A DNA stretch of 64,000 bases from a virus (taxonomy: Duplodnaviria > Caudoviricetes): the IMG/VR virus record IMGVR_UViG_3300011008_000008; one strand, 5' to 3'. Made by a program: the position numbers and the translations under genes. The notes below the pieces were generated by a model. It was not told the DNA's origin. It saw only the letters and a list, made by a program, of their open reading frames with translations, and searched no databases. Every line of letters starts with the position of its first letter. Position 1 is the stretch's first letter. Shown here piece after piece: positions 1 through 11,000 of the stretch.

Positions 1-43
1 GGTTTTATGGCTGTGTAATGTTATTTAGTGTTCCAACATTCAG

Positions 44-847
44 ATGAATATTGAATTTGATTATGGTACGCTATTAAATAGGAAGCCAATCAAGCTGTCA
101 ATTGGCACCCTAAGGAAACCAACTCTAAATGATATTTATGACATTTCATTTAGCAAGTTTGATTATTATGAATTTCTATTAAAGCTTACGCCGGAGTCAT
201 ATTATACAATTATGCTTGGCGATGATGGTAAGCAAAAATGGGATAACTTTTCAGATGAAGAAAAAGGTAATTGCAAGTTATTTGACATAATTTTGAATGA
301 TGAAAATCTTCAAAGTGCATATACTGACCTGCTAAATTTCTTCTTTGTAGAAGATATCATTTTTCTAAATCCATATTTTTTAATTTTAAAAGATGGCATA
401 GCAAGTGATCGAAAGCTTACAACCGATGATATTATTTGTGCTGTAAACGATGAAACATTGCATATAATACTATCTTTAATTCAACAGATTTGTTGCATTT
501 ATGAAAAGCCCACCCCATCCATTGATGATATGAAATTCAAAAATAGTATTGCAAGAAAACTATATGAAAAGATACAAAAAGCGCAAGAAAAGCAGAATAG
601 GCTGAAAAAGAAAAAGGGTAATAAGGACTATATTCTTACAAACCTAATTTCTGCTGTTTCCAATAGACATCCAGATCTCAATCCTATTTCTGTTTGGGAC
701 TTGACTGTTTTTCAACTTATTGATTCGTTCAATCGCTTACAGATTAATGCAGCATATGAGATCAACAAAACAAGGGTGTCAGTATGGGGGGATGAAAAGA
801 AAACTTTTGATCCTGCGCTTTGGTATAAAAACAACAACGATAATTAA
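44..847 (+). CDS. Hypothetical phage tail-region protein (possible tail assembly chaperone)
   Basis: 267-aa ORF directly upstream of the major tail protein; function inferred from position only. Confidence 0.5.
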   Translation: MNIEFDYGTLLNRKPIKLSIGTLRKPTLNDIYDISFSKFDYYEFLLKLTPESYYTIMLGDDGKQKWDNFSDEEKGNCKLFDIILNDENLQSAYTDLLNFFFVEDIIFLNPYFLILKDGIASDRKLTTDDIICAVNDETLHIILSLIQQICCIYEKPTPSIDDMKFKNSIARKLYEKIQKAQEKQNRLKKKKGNKDYILTNLISAVSNRHPDLNPISVWDLTVFQLIDSFNRLQINAAYEINKTRVSVWGDEKKTFDPALWYKNNNDN

Positions 848-864
848 ATAGGAGGAAATTCATT

Positions 865-1638
865 ATGCCTGAACTGAATAAAGCAAATCGCCAAGTATGC
901 GACGTGGATATTCGTATTCTAAAAACTAATGCTCCTTTCCTGTATTTTGAGACTGCGAACACTACAACCGCTGGCATTTCCAGTGATAACGTTTATGCGA
1001 TGGCGAAGGGTACTCGTAGAATTGCATTCCAGAATCCTATTGAGGGTACGATGTCAATTGAGGCCCAGGTCTATCCGTTTAAGTTCTTCTCTCTGTTTTC
1101 CGATGGTGAGATTACCAGCGATGCTGCGTATGCTGTGCGTACTACCGTGAAAGCTACAACTGCTGGTGAGCTGCCCCTGGCCGTTAGTTCTGGCGACTCT
1201 ATTGTGGCTGGTACAGTGTTTGTGTATCCGGTAGGTAGTTTCGGCGATGAGGATGCTCTGATCAAGGGTACTTTTGCCAGCAATAAGTTTACTGCTACTA
1301 CCAACTCTGAGATCGCTGTAGATACTGAATACGAAGTTGGCTTTGTTGTGAATCGTAATTCTGGTGTCAAGCGCATTACTTTCAACAACAAGAAAATCCC
1401 GAAGGATTATAAGATTTACATGAACACTCTGAATAAGGAAGAGGATGGTACTCTTGTCCCTTACCTGATGACTGCTTATAAGGCTACCATTCAGCGTAGT
1501 TTCGAGCTGTCATTTAGTTCCGACGGCGATCCCGCCTCTGTTACCATGAACTTCGATCTGTTGGAAGATAATGACGGTAATGTGCTGGATATGGTTGAAG
1601 TTACAGAAGAGCTGAAGATAAATCCGTCTGGCGACTAA
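865..1638 (+). CDS. Major tail (tube) protein
   Basis: 257 aa, strong AGGAGG RBS, biased codon usage, beta-rich sequence ending in FELSFSSDGDPASVTMNFDLL, as in siphophage tail tube proteins; upstream of TMP. Confidence 0.7.
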   Translation: MPELNKANRQVCDVDIRILKTNAPFLYFETANTTTAGISSDNVYAMAKGTRRIAFQNPIEGTMSIEAQVYPFKFFSLFSDGEITSDAAYAVRTTVKATTAGELPLAVSSGDSIVAGTVFVYPVGSFGDEDALIKGTFASNKFTATTNSEIAVDTEYEVGFVVNRNSGVKRITFNNKKIPKDYKIYMNTLNKEEDGTLVPYLMTAYKATIQRSFELSFSSDGDPASVTMNFDLLEDNDGNVLDMVEVTEELKINPSGD

Positions 1639-1705
1639 TCTTAAATGACATTTAGCGTGGATGATATATTCATTCACGCTATGGTCTTATAAGGAGGACG
1701 AATAT

Positions 1706-1987
1706 ATGATTCAGAAATGTCCAGTTCTTCTAAACAATGAGGCCGTCACAGTAATCAAATATGATAATGTCGAAGTACAAGTTCCATCAATAGAACGAGA
1801 TGCACAGTATGTTAATGTAAGTTTTGAGAATGGAAAATATACTGTTGTTGAAGATAATTATATTGAGGAGCCAATTGTGTTAGAAGAACCAGTGGTAAAA
1901 AATAGCAAGAAGAAAAATAAGAAAACAACTATTGAATATAATGCGATAGCAGAAGATGCGTTCGCAGAAATCGACGAATTAGGATAA
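1706..1987 (+). CDS. Hypothetical protein
   Basis: ORF 1661-1987; AAGGAGG RBS favours the ATG at about 1706. Confidence 0.5.
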   Translation: MIQKCPVLLNNEAVTVIKYDNVEVQVPSIERDAQYVNVSFENGKYTVVEDNYIEEPIVLEEPVVKNSKKKNKKTTIEYNAIAEDAFAEIDELG

Positions 1988-2108
1988 AGGTTGTTATTGT
2001 ATTTAGTTAGGAAAAGATAACACATCTATATCCGCGATGCGTTGTCCTTTCCTATTATTTTGCGCTACATAAAGAGAAATATAATAGAAGTGGGTATGGT
2101 GTATTAAT

Positions 2109-2333
2109 ATGAAAACATTCAAATTTGAATCACTTGAAGAATGTATCAAGTGCTATGGCAGAGAAAACCTTATTGCAATCGATAATTTGTCACAGATTAT
2201 TTTTTATACAAAGTCTGGATTCCAACCTAAATTTGTTTTTGAAAACGAAAATAAACCCGGCAAAATCACATGTTGGTTTTTGAAAACAGAAACTAATTAT
2301 GTATATAAAAAGTGGATGGAAAGCAGACCATAA
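2109..2333 (+). CDS. Hypothetical protein
   Basis: 74-aa ORF in operon orientation. Confidence 0.5.
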   Translation: MKTFKFESLEECIKCYGRENLIAIDNLSQIIFYTKSGFQPKFVFENENKPGKITCWFLKTETNYVYKKWMESRP

Positions 2334-2339
2334 ACATTC

Positions 2340-2855
2340 ATGAATGTTGGCAAGAAGTTTGAGGCAGACTTTGAAAAATCTGTCCCCAATGATATTTTAC
2401 TATACAGGCTCCATGATCCTGCTCAATCATTCGGCAGGGAGAATAGTAATCTTCGATTCAGTTTAAAGAATGAGTTTGATTTTATCCTATACAATCCTGA
2501 AAGCAGAAACCTATATGCGCTTGAATTGAAAACAGTTGAAGGTAATTCTATTTCATTTGAAAGAGACAAATCGCAGAAAGGGCGCATACACTTTCATCAG
2601 ATTGAAGGGTTGAAAAAATGGGATCAGTATAATGGAACCATTTGCGGATTTATTATCGAGTTTCGGAAATCAACTACAACTATATTCATTCCAATTTCCG
2701 ATTTTGAAATACTAATTAATTCTACAACCAAGAAAAGCATTTCGCTGGACGATATTACTACCAGCAATATAAATTACTGTATTATTCCTCAAAGCAAAAT
2801 TAGAACAAGATATAGATACGATATTCAATCGTTTTTAGATAAAACGAGTAATTAG
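2340..2855 (+). CDS. RecU-like Holliday junction resolvase
   Basis: GKKFE, FDF, ALELKT and IHFHQI motifs of the RecU PD-(D/E)XK family. Confidence 0.75.
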   Translation: MNVGKKFEADFEKSVPNDILLYRLHDPAQSFGRENSNLRFSLKNEFDFILYNPESRNLYALELKTVEGNSISFERDKSQKGRIHFHQIEGLKKWDQYNGTICGFIIEFRKSTTTIFIPISDFEILINSTTKKSISLDDITTSNINYCIIPQSKIRTRYRYDIQSFLDKTSN

Positions 2856-2885
2856 TGAATTGCCAATTATTATGGAGGTTTATTT

Positions 2886-3494
2886 ATGAAGAATAATAAG
2901 AACATGATTATCAACACGAAACTTAGTCTAATAGACTACGTAACTTTAGTTGATTTACTTGTGGATGATTACTTTGACATCACAGGAAAATACCAGCCAC
3001 ATTATGGTATGGCTAACGCAATGCGGCTATTCTATAACCTATGTGTAAAAGATAGTCAGTTTGAAAATGAAATCCCACATGATTTTTCTGATATTACTTT
3101 AGTTGAGAAACTTGCTTCCGATATTGATTTTATAGATGAATTTAATCAGGCGATTTATGACGAGAAAGCTGACTTTTCATTTGGTTCTGCTTATCACAAC
3201 GCCTTAGCTATTGTTAATCAGAAGAATAATCCAATGCAGAGTCTTGTGGGCGTTGTTGATCGCTTCCTTTCATCATTTTCTACTGTAATATCAGATGTAA
3301 TGACCCCCGACAATATAAAGATCACACAGAGTATTGCTAATGATATTGCATCTGGAAAAATTGATTTCACAAAACTAATGACTGCATTTTCTCAATCTCC
3401 TGAATTCGAGAAGATTATTTCATCTGGCGAGAAGGACGACCACAAGGATGAGCCAGCTTCTACAGATAATATTACTCCAATTACCGGTAAATAA
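2886..3494 (+). CDS. Hypothetical protein
   Basis: 202-aa ORF with GGAGG RBS. Confidence 0.55.
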   Translation: MKNNKNMIINTKLSLIDYVTLVDLLVDDYFDITGKYQPHYGMANAMRLFYNLCVKDSQFENEIPHDFSDITLVEKLASDIDFIDEFNQAIYDEKADFSFGSAYHNALAIVNQKNNPMQSLVGVVDRFLSSFSTVISDVMTPDNIKITQSIANDIASGKIDFTKLMTAFSQSPEFEKIISSGEKDDHKDEPASTDNITPITGK

Positions 3495-3508
3495 AAGGGT
3501 GATTTTAT

Positions 3509-3970
3509 ATGGCAGTATGTAATAGTCTTGCCGAGCTTCAGCGGGCAATTCTAAAGGAAATGGAGAGCGCCATGAACTCGGCTTCAAAAGAAATCGAAGA
3601 TACGGTGAAGCAGGATGTGCAAAGCTTTTATTCGTCTGGTAGCCCGGTTATGTATGTACGTACAGGCAAGTTGGGCAAAACTCCAAAGACTTCTCCGATT
3701 AGTAATAATGGTGCTTCGGAAATTTCTTTTAAGGCTTATCTTGATCAGAACGGCGGTTATCCATCAATTACTTATACATACCGCGATGGACATCAGACAA
3801 CAAGTAAAGCCCCATCTATGACAGACGTACTTAATCTAACAAACTATGGAACAACTTCCTCAAGCGTAGGCAGATTGCATCCTGCTCTCGGTCAGAGTGG
3901 ATATTGGGAAAAGGCGCTTGGTAAAATGCAAGGTATTTTAGATAAAAATATGGGAAGCCATTTTAGGTAA
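3509..3970 (+). CDS. Hypothetical protein, possibly HK97 gp10-like tail component
   Basis: 153 aa with YVRTGKL motif; tail module context. Confidence 0.4.
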   Translation: MAVCNSLAELQRAILKEMESAMNSASKEIEDTVKQDVQSFYSSGSPVMYVRTGKLGKTPKTSPISNNGASEISFKAYLDQNGGYPSITYTYRDGHQTTSKAPSMTDVLNLTNYGTTSSSVGRLHPALGQSGYWEKALGKMQGILDKNMGSHFR

Positions 3971-3990
3971 CAAATAAAGGAAGTGATTAT

Positions 3991-5049
3991 TTGGGAAAAA
4001 CTAATCTAAACGCTGGTAGGTCAACCGTTTATAATTCAATTACCACACCGGAAAAGTTGAGCGAAGTGAACGAAGATAATATTCAATTAGAAAATGATTT
4101 TCTTGAATATCTTGCTTCCACCGACAAATCCAAAGAGACAATTAAACAATATCGTTCCAACCTCCACATTTTCTGGTGCTGGAATTTGGAGAACAACAAG
4201 AATAAATTCTTTGTTGATCTAACGAAGCGTGAGCTTACAAAGTTTCAAAATCACGCTTTGAATGGTTGGGGCTGGTCGCCACGAAGAATTAGAACAGTAA
4301 AAGCCACTTTATCATCTTTAAGTAATTATATTGAAAACATACTTGATGATGAATATGAAGGATATAAATCAATTATTGGTAAGATTGAATCGCCAATTGA
4401 CAGAGCGGTACGCGAGAAAACAGTTTTTCAAGAAAGCGATTTAATGCCTCTACTTGATTACCTCGTTGAAAATAAACAATATATGAAAGCTTGTGCTTTA
4501 TCTCTTGCCATGAACGGCGGTAGGCGTAAGGCGGAATTGCCAAGATTTAAGGTTGGTTATTTCAGGCCAGAGTTTACTATATGCAATGGTGCATTATATA
4601 AAACCCCGGAAAAAGTGCAGACGAAAGGCAGAGGGTTTGAGGGTAAACCCTTGGAGCTGTATACTATTGTCTCGCCATTTCAACCATATTTGGATTTATG
4701 GATGGAAGAAAGACAGAGGCTTGGGATTAATAGTCAATGGTTATTCCCGAAAAAGAAAGATGGGAAATGGGTTGATGAACCGATCCAGACAACAACTCTT
4801 GATTCATGGGCGCGTTCATTTAGTATATTCCTTGGGAAGCCTTTCTATTGGCATAGTTTAAGACATTACTTTACGACAAAGCTTGTGTCGTATGATATAC
4901 CATCCGCAGTAATTCAAGATATCGTTGGTTGGGAATCCGCAGATATGGTTAATCGTTATGACGATACTGAAAAGGATGAACGCTTTGAAAAATACTTTGG
5001 TGCAGATGGAATTAATAAGGTTAAAGCTACAAGACTTGAAGAACTATAA
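3991..5049 (+). CDS. Tyrosine recombinase (XerC/D-like)
   Basis: Catalytic motifs GRRKAEL (R), KGRG (K), HSLRHY (HxxR), GW and RY (Tyr) all present. Confidence 0.85.
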   Translation: MGKTNLNAGRSTVYNSITTPEKLSEVNEDNIQLENDFLEYLASTDKSKETIKQYRSNLHIFWCWNLENNKNKFFVDLTKRELTKFQNHALNGWGWSPRRIRTVKATLSSLSNYIENILDDEYEGYKSIIGKIESPIDRAVREKTVFQESDLMPLLDYLVENKQYMKACALSLAMNGGRRKAELPRFKVGYFRPEFTICNGALYKTPEKVQTKGRGFEGKPLELYTIVSPFQPYLDLWMEERQRLGINSQWLFPKKKDGKWVDEPIQTTTLDSWARSFSIFLGKPFYWHSLRHYFTTKLVSYDIPSAVIQDIVGWESADMVNRYDDTEKDERFEKYFGADGINKVKATRLEEL

Positions 5050-5108
5050 CTCGGCAATCTATTACATAGGCGAGAGCCATTTATTGATTGCCTGAAAGGA
5101 TGATGTAA

Positions 5109-7289
5109 ATGGCTGACTTTGAGGCAAGAGTACTTGCCAAATTAGATTTATCAGAGTTAAATGGTGAGCTGTCAAGGCTATCAAGCTCAAATAATAGGAT
5201 GACAATCCAGCCGCGATTAGATACAAGCGCAATAACAAGGCAGATTGATAATATTGAACAAAGGCTTCGCGCACTTGGAAATATTAGAATTAATCTTGGC
5301 GGAAACACCCGTCAGAATTACAATGGTGCTGATTCATTGCGTGCAATGCAGGAAATGCAGAGCATTATCCGTCAGATCAATTCGACGGAGCTTAAACTAT
5401 CCGGGTTGGATATGGGCAAGAATGCATCACAGATTACTGAATTAAATAACCAACTAAATGTTTTGCAACAGCGCCTTACCAGCGTAATGACATCTCAATC
5501 AAATAATTTAACGGCTGGCCAGTTTGATCAGTTGAATCAATCAGCGCAAGAAGCACAAAATAGGTTGGCTGAAGTTGATGCAAAACTTGCTGATACAAGA
5601 AATCAAATGGCACAGAAAATACAGATGGATATTGATACCGGCAAGATCGATACATCTATTACTTCTGTGACAGAAAAGTATAGCAAATTAAGTAATACTG
5701 GACACTCCAGCTTATCTGCAATTAAAGCAGATATTGAAGAACTCGGAAATCTTCAAGCGGATCTGAACAATGCCACATCGAACGAGCAACTAATCAGCAC
5801 ATACGAGCGTTTCCAGCAAACGCTATCTAAGGTCAAGAATAGCCTATCTACTGTAAGTTCAGAATCAAAAATGATGGCGACATCTTTACAAATTGGCCAG
5901 CTTGATAATAAAATGTCGCAATGGCTATCCAACAATTCAAAGGCTACTAAAGAATATGGTGCTGCCATTAACGCATTGAGATCACGTTTGTCTGAACTTG
6001 CTTCTTCTGGCACTGCGACAACAGCAGACCTACAAGCTCTCGACAACGAGTTTAAACAGATTGTAGTTGATGCAACCGCTGCAGGATTGACAGGCAAATC
6101 CTTTGGTGACATCATTAAGAGCACGGCTCAACAGATGGTTGGGTTTGTTTCCATAGCATCTGTAATGTCAACAGCAATTCGACTATTTAAGGATATGTCG
6201 AAGGAAGTTCTATCTGTTGATACAGCAATGACCGGCTTATATCGTGTTACAGATTTATCGTCCGACCAATATAAGCAGATGTATAGCGAGATGGTAACAT
6301 CTGCAAAAAGCTATGGTTCTACTCTAACCGATATTATCAATGGTACAACGACATGGGTTAAGCTTGGTTTTTCACCGGAAGAAGCGCAAGGCTTATCTGA
6401 TATTACTGCAATATACCAGCATGTTACTGATCTTGATACAGAAACAGCAGTCAAGAATCTTGTAACTGCCTATAAAGGCTATGAGGAACAGCTATTAGCA
6501 TTGACCAATGGCGATTCTGTAAAAGCCACTGAATACATAGCAGATATCTTTGATAAACTTGGTAACGAGTTTGCAGTCAGTGCAGCGGATGTCGGCGCTG
6601 GCCTGGTAAATTCCGCATCTGCTTTAAACGTTGCTGGTAACTCTTTGCAGCAGTCGGCGGCTATGATCACCGGTATTACCGAAGTTACTCAAAATGCTTC
6701 AAAGGCCGGTAATGCTGTACGTACTCTTTCTATGAGATTAAGAGGCGCTACTGCGGAAGATCTGCAAGAGCTTGGCGAGGATACAGATGGTTTGATTACA
6801 TCTGTATCAAAATTGCAAGGAGTAATCAAAGGTCTGACCGGGGTAGATATTACAGACGTTAATGGCCAGATACGTTCTACATTTGATATTATGGACGATC
6901 TTGCGGGAGTGTTCAATGATTTAAAAACAAACGATCAATCATTCCTGCTTGAAACAATCGCCGGTAAAGCGCGTGGTTCTGATATCGCAGCTCTATTGAA
7001 GAATTGGGATCAGGTTAAAGCTGCATATGAAGCAGCGAATAACGCTTGGGGTACAGCTTCAAACGAGCAAGCGGTTTATATGGAATCTCTACAAGGTAAG
7101 ATAAATCAGTTTAAAGCATCCTGGCAATCTTTAGCGAATACAGTACTTTCTTCTGATTTCTTGAAAGGCGCTGTCGATACTGCGACAACATTACTTTCCT
7201 TACTTGATTCTATTGTTGGAAAACTTGGGACAATTCCAACTATAGTAGGCGCTATAACCGCCGCAACATCCCTTAAAAACGGCGCAGGT
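5109..7289 (+). CDS. Tape measure protein, exon 1 (TP901-type core)
   Basis: 727-aa helical Ala/Ser/Gln-rich ORF with TMP motifs (KAGNAVRTLSMRLRG, ETIAGK); the TGA at 7290-7292 is the first three nucleotides of a group I intron. Confidence 0.9.
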
Positions 7290-7747
7290 TGAACAGATCA
7301 ATCAGTTCACACATCCAATTATACTACGGAGAATATGCCTGCGAAGCTCTCTAATGGCAACATGAACGAGACTGTCTTATAATTCGCTTGACAGTCAAGA
7401 GGGGCTAAGACATCGAGTGTACTTTTGCCACATGCAAAGGTCTACTCGATAATGGGTTAAACTGGTAGGGGTGATTACCTACCACATAAGACTGGGACGA
7501 ACCGTGGATGAACCTACATACAATAATCCACGGAACTATCAGCAGCCATATCCCGATGCGAATACGGGAAGGTTCAGAGACTATAAACTCACACGGTTGT
7601 TAATCGTGAATGTATAGGCCAAACTGTACTCGGCAGTAGGAATAGCCGAGGTAAAAGATCGACCTGGTAAGCCAGCCAGGGTATAGGAATTGGCGGGTGT
7701 CCCCTACCCCGTTGTGCTTGAGACGAAAAGAGGAAATATGGTATTAC

Positions 7748-7996
7748 CTACCATTTATAGCCGCAATTTTTGCACTCGAATTGTGCCCTTGCTGTAGGAT
7801 TGGTAATACCAAAAGCAAAAGCATTTAGTGAGCGTCGAGTATTAGACACTCTGTTTATATTTGTCGAATGACAAGTTGGGCATTCAATAGTATCTGGCAA
7901 GGCTGTTGCTAACTTACCGCCGCAAATCATACATTTATTTCCGTTATAATCATTCAGTCTAATACCGCATTTTGTACAATATTTTTTCTGCCCCAT
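7748..7996 (-). CDS. Intron-borne zinc-ribbon protein (4 CxxC), antisense to the host gene
   Basis: 82 aa, CTKC/CMIC/CPTC/CKNC, GAGGTG RBS and its own promoter; no LAGLIDADG, GIY-YIG or HNH motif. Confidence 0.8.
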   Translation of the reverse strand: MGQKKYCTKCGIRLNDYNGNKCMICGGKLATALPDTIECPTCHSTNINRVSNTRRSLNAFAFGITNPTARAQFECKNCGYKW

Positions 7997-8015
7997 TTAT
8001 TATCACCTCTTCATT

Positions 8016-8044
8016 ATTATACCATTACTTTACCTGCATGTCAA
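8016..8044 (-). promoter_or_regulatory. Consensus sigma-A promoter for the intron cargo gene
   Basis: TTGACA (8044-8039), 17 bp, TATAAT (8021-8016), with extended -10 TG. Confidence 0.85.
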
Positions 8045-8080
8045 TTAATTTGTGTATAAGCAGCACATTTAGACAGTTTG

Positions 8081-11000
8081 CTATTCTCTTCATTTGCAGA
8101 TAAAGACGGAAATAATAAAGTTACTTTCTTAGGTAAAACTCTTTCCGATATTAAGGGCGGAAAACTATTTACTAATGATAAAAAAGCATTGTCAGAATAT
8201 ATTAAGGCGCTACAATCCGGGCAATCCCAACAGGAAGCATTTGATTCTACAATGTCTGGTGCGAGTGAAAAGGCACAGATATTTGCAAAGAGTATTGATA
8301 CAAGTAGTGAGTCATTACAAAAATATTCAACTGAAGTCCAGAATATATCTGCGGGATCAAAACTATTAAAAGTAGGGCTTGCTGCTTTAAATTCTATTGC
8401 AGTTTCACTGCTTGCGTCTTTTGCTCAATGGGCTATTTCAAAAGTTATAGATAATGTAGTTAATCGTGTTGAAAACGCTTATAACAAAGCCAAGAAAATA
8501 GCAGATGAAACAGCGACAACAGCTACGAAGTCAACTGAAGATAGTAAAACTCTCGACGAGCTAATAAATAAATATAAAGAGCTTAGAAGTAGTGAAAACT
8601 ATGGAGCGTCTGAAAGATCGCAAGTTGCTACAATACAGCAACAGATTGTTTCTTTAGTTGGTGAGGAAGCGGCTGGTCTTGATCTTGTTAATGGGAATCT
8701 TGAAACACAACTCGGTATTTTAAAGCAAATCTCCGCTGAAAAACTACAAAATGCAATTAGGGATCAAAAGATAGCTACGGATGCCGCAATTGAAGCCGCA
8801 AATGCAACTCCATCTTTGAATAAAACATTGATGGCGCATAACGCATATAAGGGCAATAGGAATGACGAAGCAGCGGCGGCGCTAACAAAGCATGGTATTT
8901 ATAACGTTGGTGGGCCATTTAGCTTTGTCAATGATTTTATTAACGGTTTTCGGATTGACGATGGTACTGACAATGGCGCAACGTTAATGACGCGCTTGAA
9001 CTTTTTAAAACGAGTTCGCTCAGCATTAGAAAGTGAAATCACAGATTTTCAAAGCAATGATGTCTGGGTTGGAGTATCTAAACAGATTAGTGCTTACGAT
9101 GCAGAATTGTCAAAAGTTACTACCGAAGTAAATAAGCAGATGCAATTGCTTACTATGGAAGCAATGCAAAGTAATGGCGATCTGGAAAGTATTGCAAAAG
9201 ATACTGCAGATGGATTTGAGCAATATGTAGATATAATAGTAAGTCAAGTATCAAAAAGTGGATGGTTTGATGATTACATAGACCAAGGATTTATTGATCT
9301 TGATTCAATTCGAGATTATGTAATTACTCAACTATCTTCTATAGAAGACTTCTCTGCTGGTAGAGATAAGTGGAATAAAGAAAATCGAAAAAATGACATT
9401 CTTGATTCAATATTCGGCGCTGGTAGTTTAGGCAGAGCTAAATCCCAGACTGTTGGTGAAATCTCTAAGTTTATAGATTCATTACCAGATGAAGATTTAG
9501 AGATAGCTTATACAGTTGCATTAGATAAACAATCTGAAATAGAAACTGTCGATCAATTTAAAGAGCTTATAGATAAAGCTAAAGAAGATGCTCTAAATGC
9601 CGATTCAATTTCGTTTAATGAGTTTGTTTCAAGCGATACAATCAAAAATGATCTTGAACCAATACTAAAAGAGTATCAAGAAATTGCTGCCGCCAGGAAG
9701 AAATTACAATCTGGTGAAGCCACCGAATCAGATTTGATTTATGAGCATCCTTCTTGGGCTAAATATGCTGGCAATCTTGAAGCTGGATTAATCGATCATG
9801 CTGAAGAATTAAAGAAAAAGGCTGAAACAGAAATTGGTAAAATAGTTATCACCCCTGAAATAGATGAAGATGGCACAGACAATATTGCTGCTTTTGAAAC
9901 ATGGAGAGATTCTTTCTTAAAACAGTTTGAGGAAGAAGGAGTAATAACACTTCCAATAGACATTGATGCTGAAACAACTGGCATGAACAATGTAATGAGT
10001 GCTATTAAATCCTCAGTTTCAGAAACAGGTCTTGCAGCAGACCAAGTTGAAAAGCTAAAAGAAAGATACAAAGGTCTAACTGATGCTGGTGACAGCCTGA
10101 ATAATCTTTTTGACAGAACTACAAGCGGTATCCACCTAAACACAGATGCACTTCGCGAACTTGAAGATGCCTACCAGAAACAATTAACAGATAAGGTTTC
10201 TGTCGATCTTGAAAAGCAACGTAGGCTTTATCAAGAACTGACAGAGAGCATAAATAATGCTGGCGATGCTGATACAAGTGGTCTTGAAGCTCAACGTGCC
10301 GCTGCCGCAAATGCAATACGTGAACTTGAAAGCCTGTCCGCCCAGCTTGCGGGTGTTACATCAAAGTACAACAAGTGGAAGCAAGCAAGAAGCGGTGGCG
10401 AAGAGGGCGATGCCTATGTTGACACCACATCACAGCTAAAGGATCTACAAGAGCAGCGCAAAAAAGGTCTTGTAGGAACAAATGAATTCCGTTCCGCCGT
10501 AGAGTTTATGGCTGGCGGTGTTGAAGATGTAGATTTGTCAACTGCATCAGTTGATCAGTTGGTAGCTGCTTATGATAAGGCATATCCTAAGATGCAGCGG
10601 TATTTCACCGAGAGCAATAAGGGCACTCAGAACTTCCTGAAAGATTTGGAAAAGGCGGGCAAAGCTTCCAAAGATGCCGAAGGCGTATGGTCGTTTGACT
10701 TTGGCGAGGATGGTATGCAAGGCGTCGTTGATGATCTTGGAATTAGTGCCGAGGCAATATATCAGATACTTGGTCGGTTAAAAGATTATGGCGCTGAAGT
10801 TCATCTTGAATCTTTATTTCCAGATATTGATTTACAAGCGGATAATATAGCGGACGCCATTACAGAAGTCGATGAAAAGATTCAACAGGTAAAACAGGAT
10901 ATTGCAGACGGTAAAGTTTCTGAAGAGGCTGGAAATGAACAGATAGAAAAGTATAATGAAGCAAAAGAAGCTTTACAGAATATGGACGTTGGTGCAGAAG

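Larger units (their letters stand above)
7290..8080 (+). ncRNA. Group I intron (791 nt) in the tape measure gene
   Basis: P1: exon CGCAGGU (7283-7289) pairs with GCCUGCG (7337-7343), with U.G at the splice site. P10: GGAGAAUA (7328-7335) pairs with 3' exon UAUUCUCU (8082-8089). Core elements: Q-like UCAGCAGCC, R GUUCAGAGACUA (7572-7583), S-like AAUGUAUAGGCC (7609-7620). P9.0: AAACUGU (7621-7627) pairs with ACAGUUU (8073-8079) before terminal G8080. Splicing joins the ORFs in frame. Confidence 0.88.

Noticed and set aside
7748-7996. Homing endonuclease in the intron
   Set aside because: Only 82 aa, antisense, no LAGLIDADG, GIY-YIG or HNH motif visible
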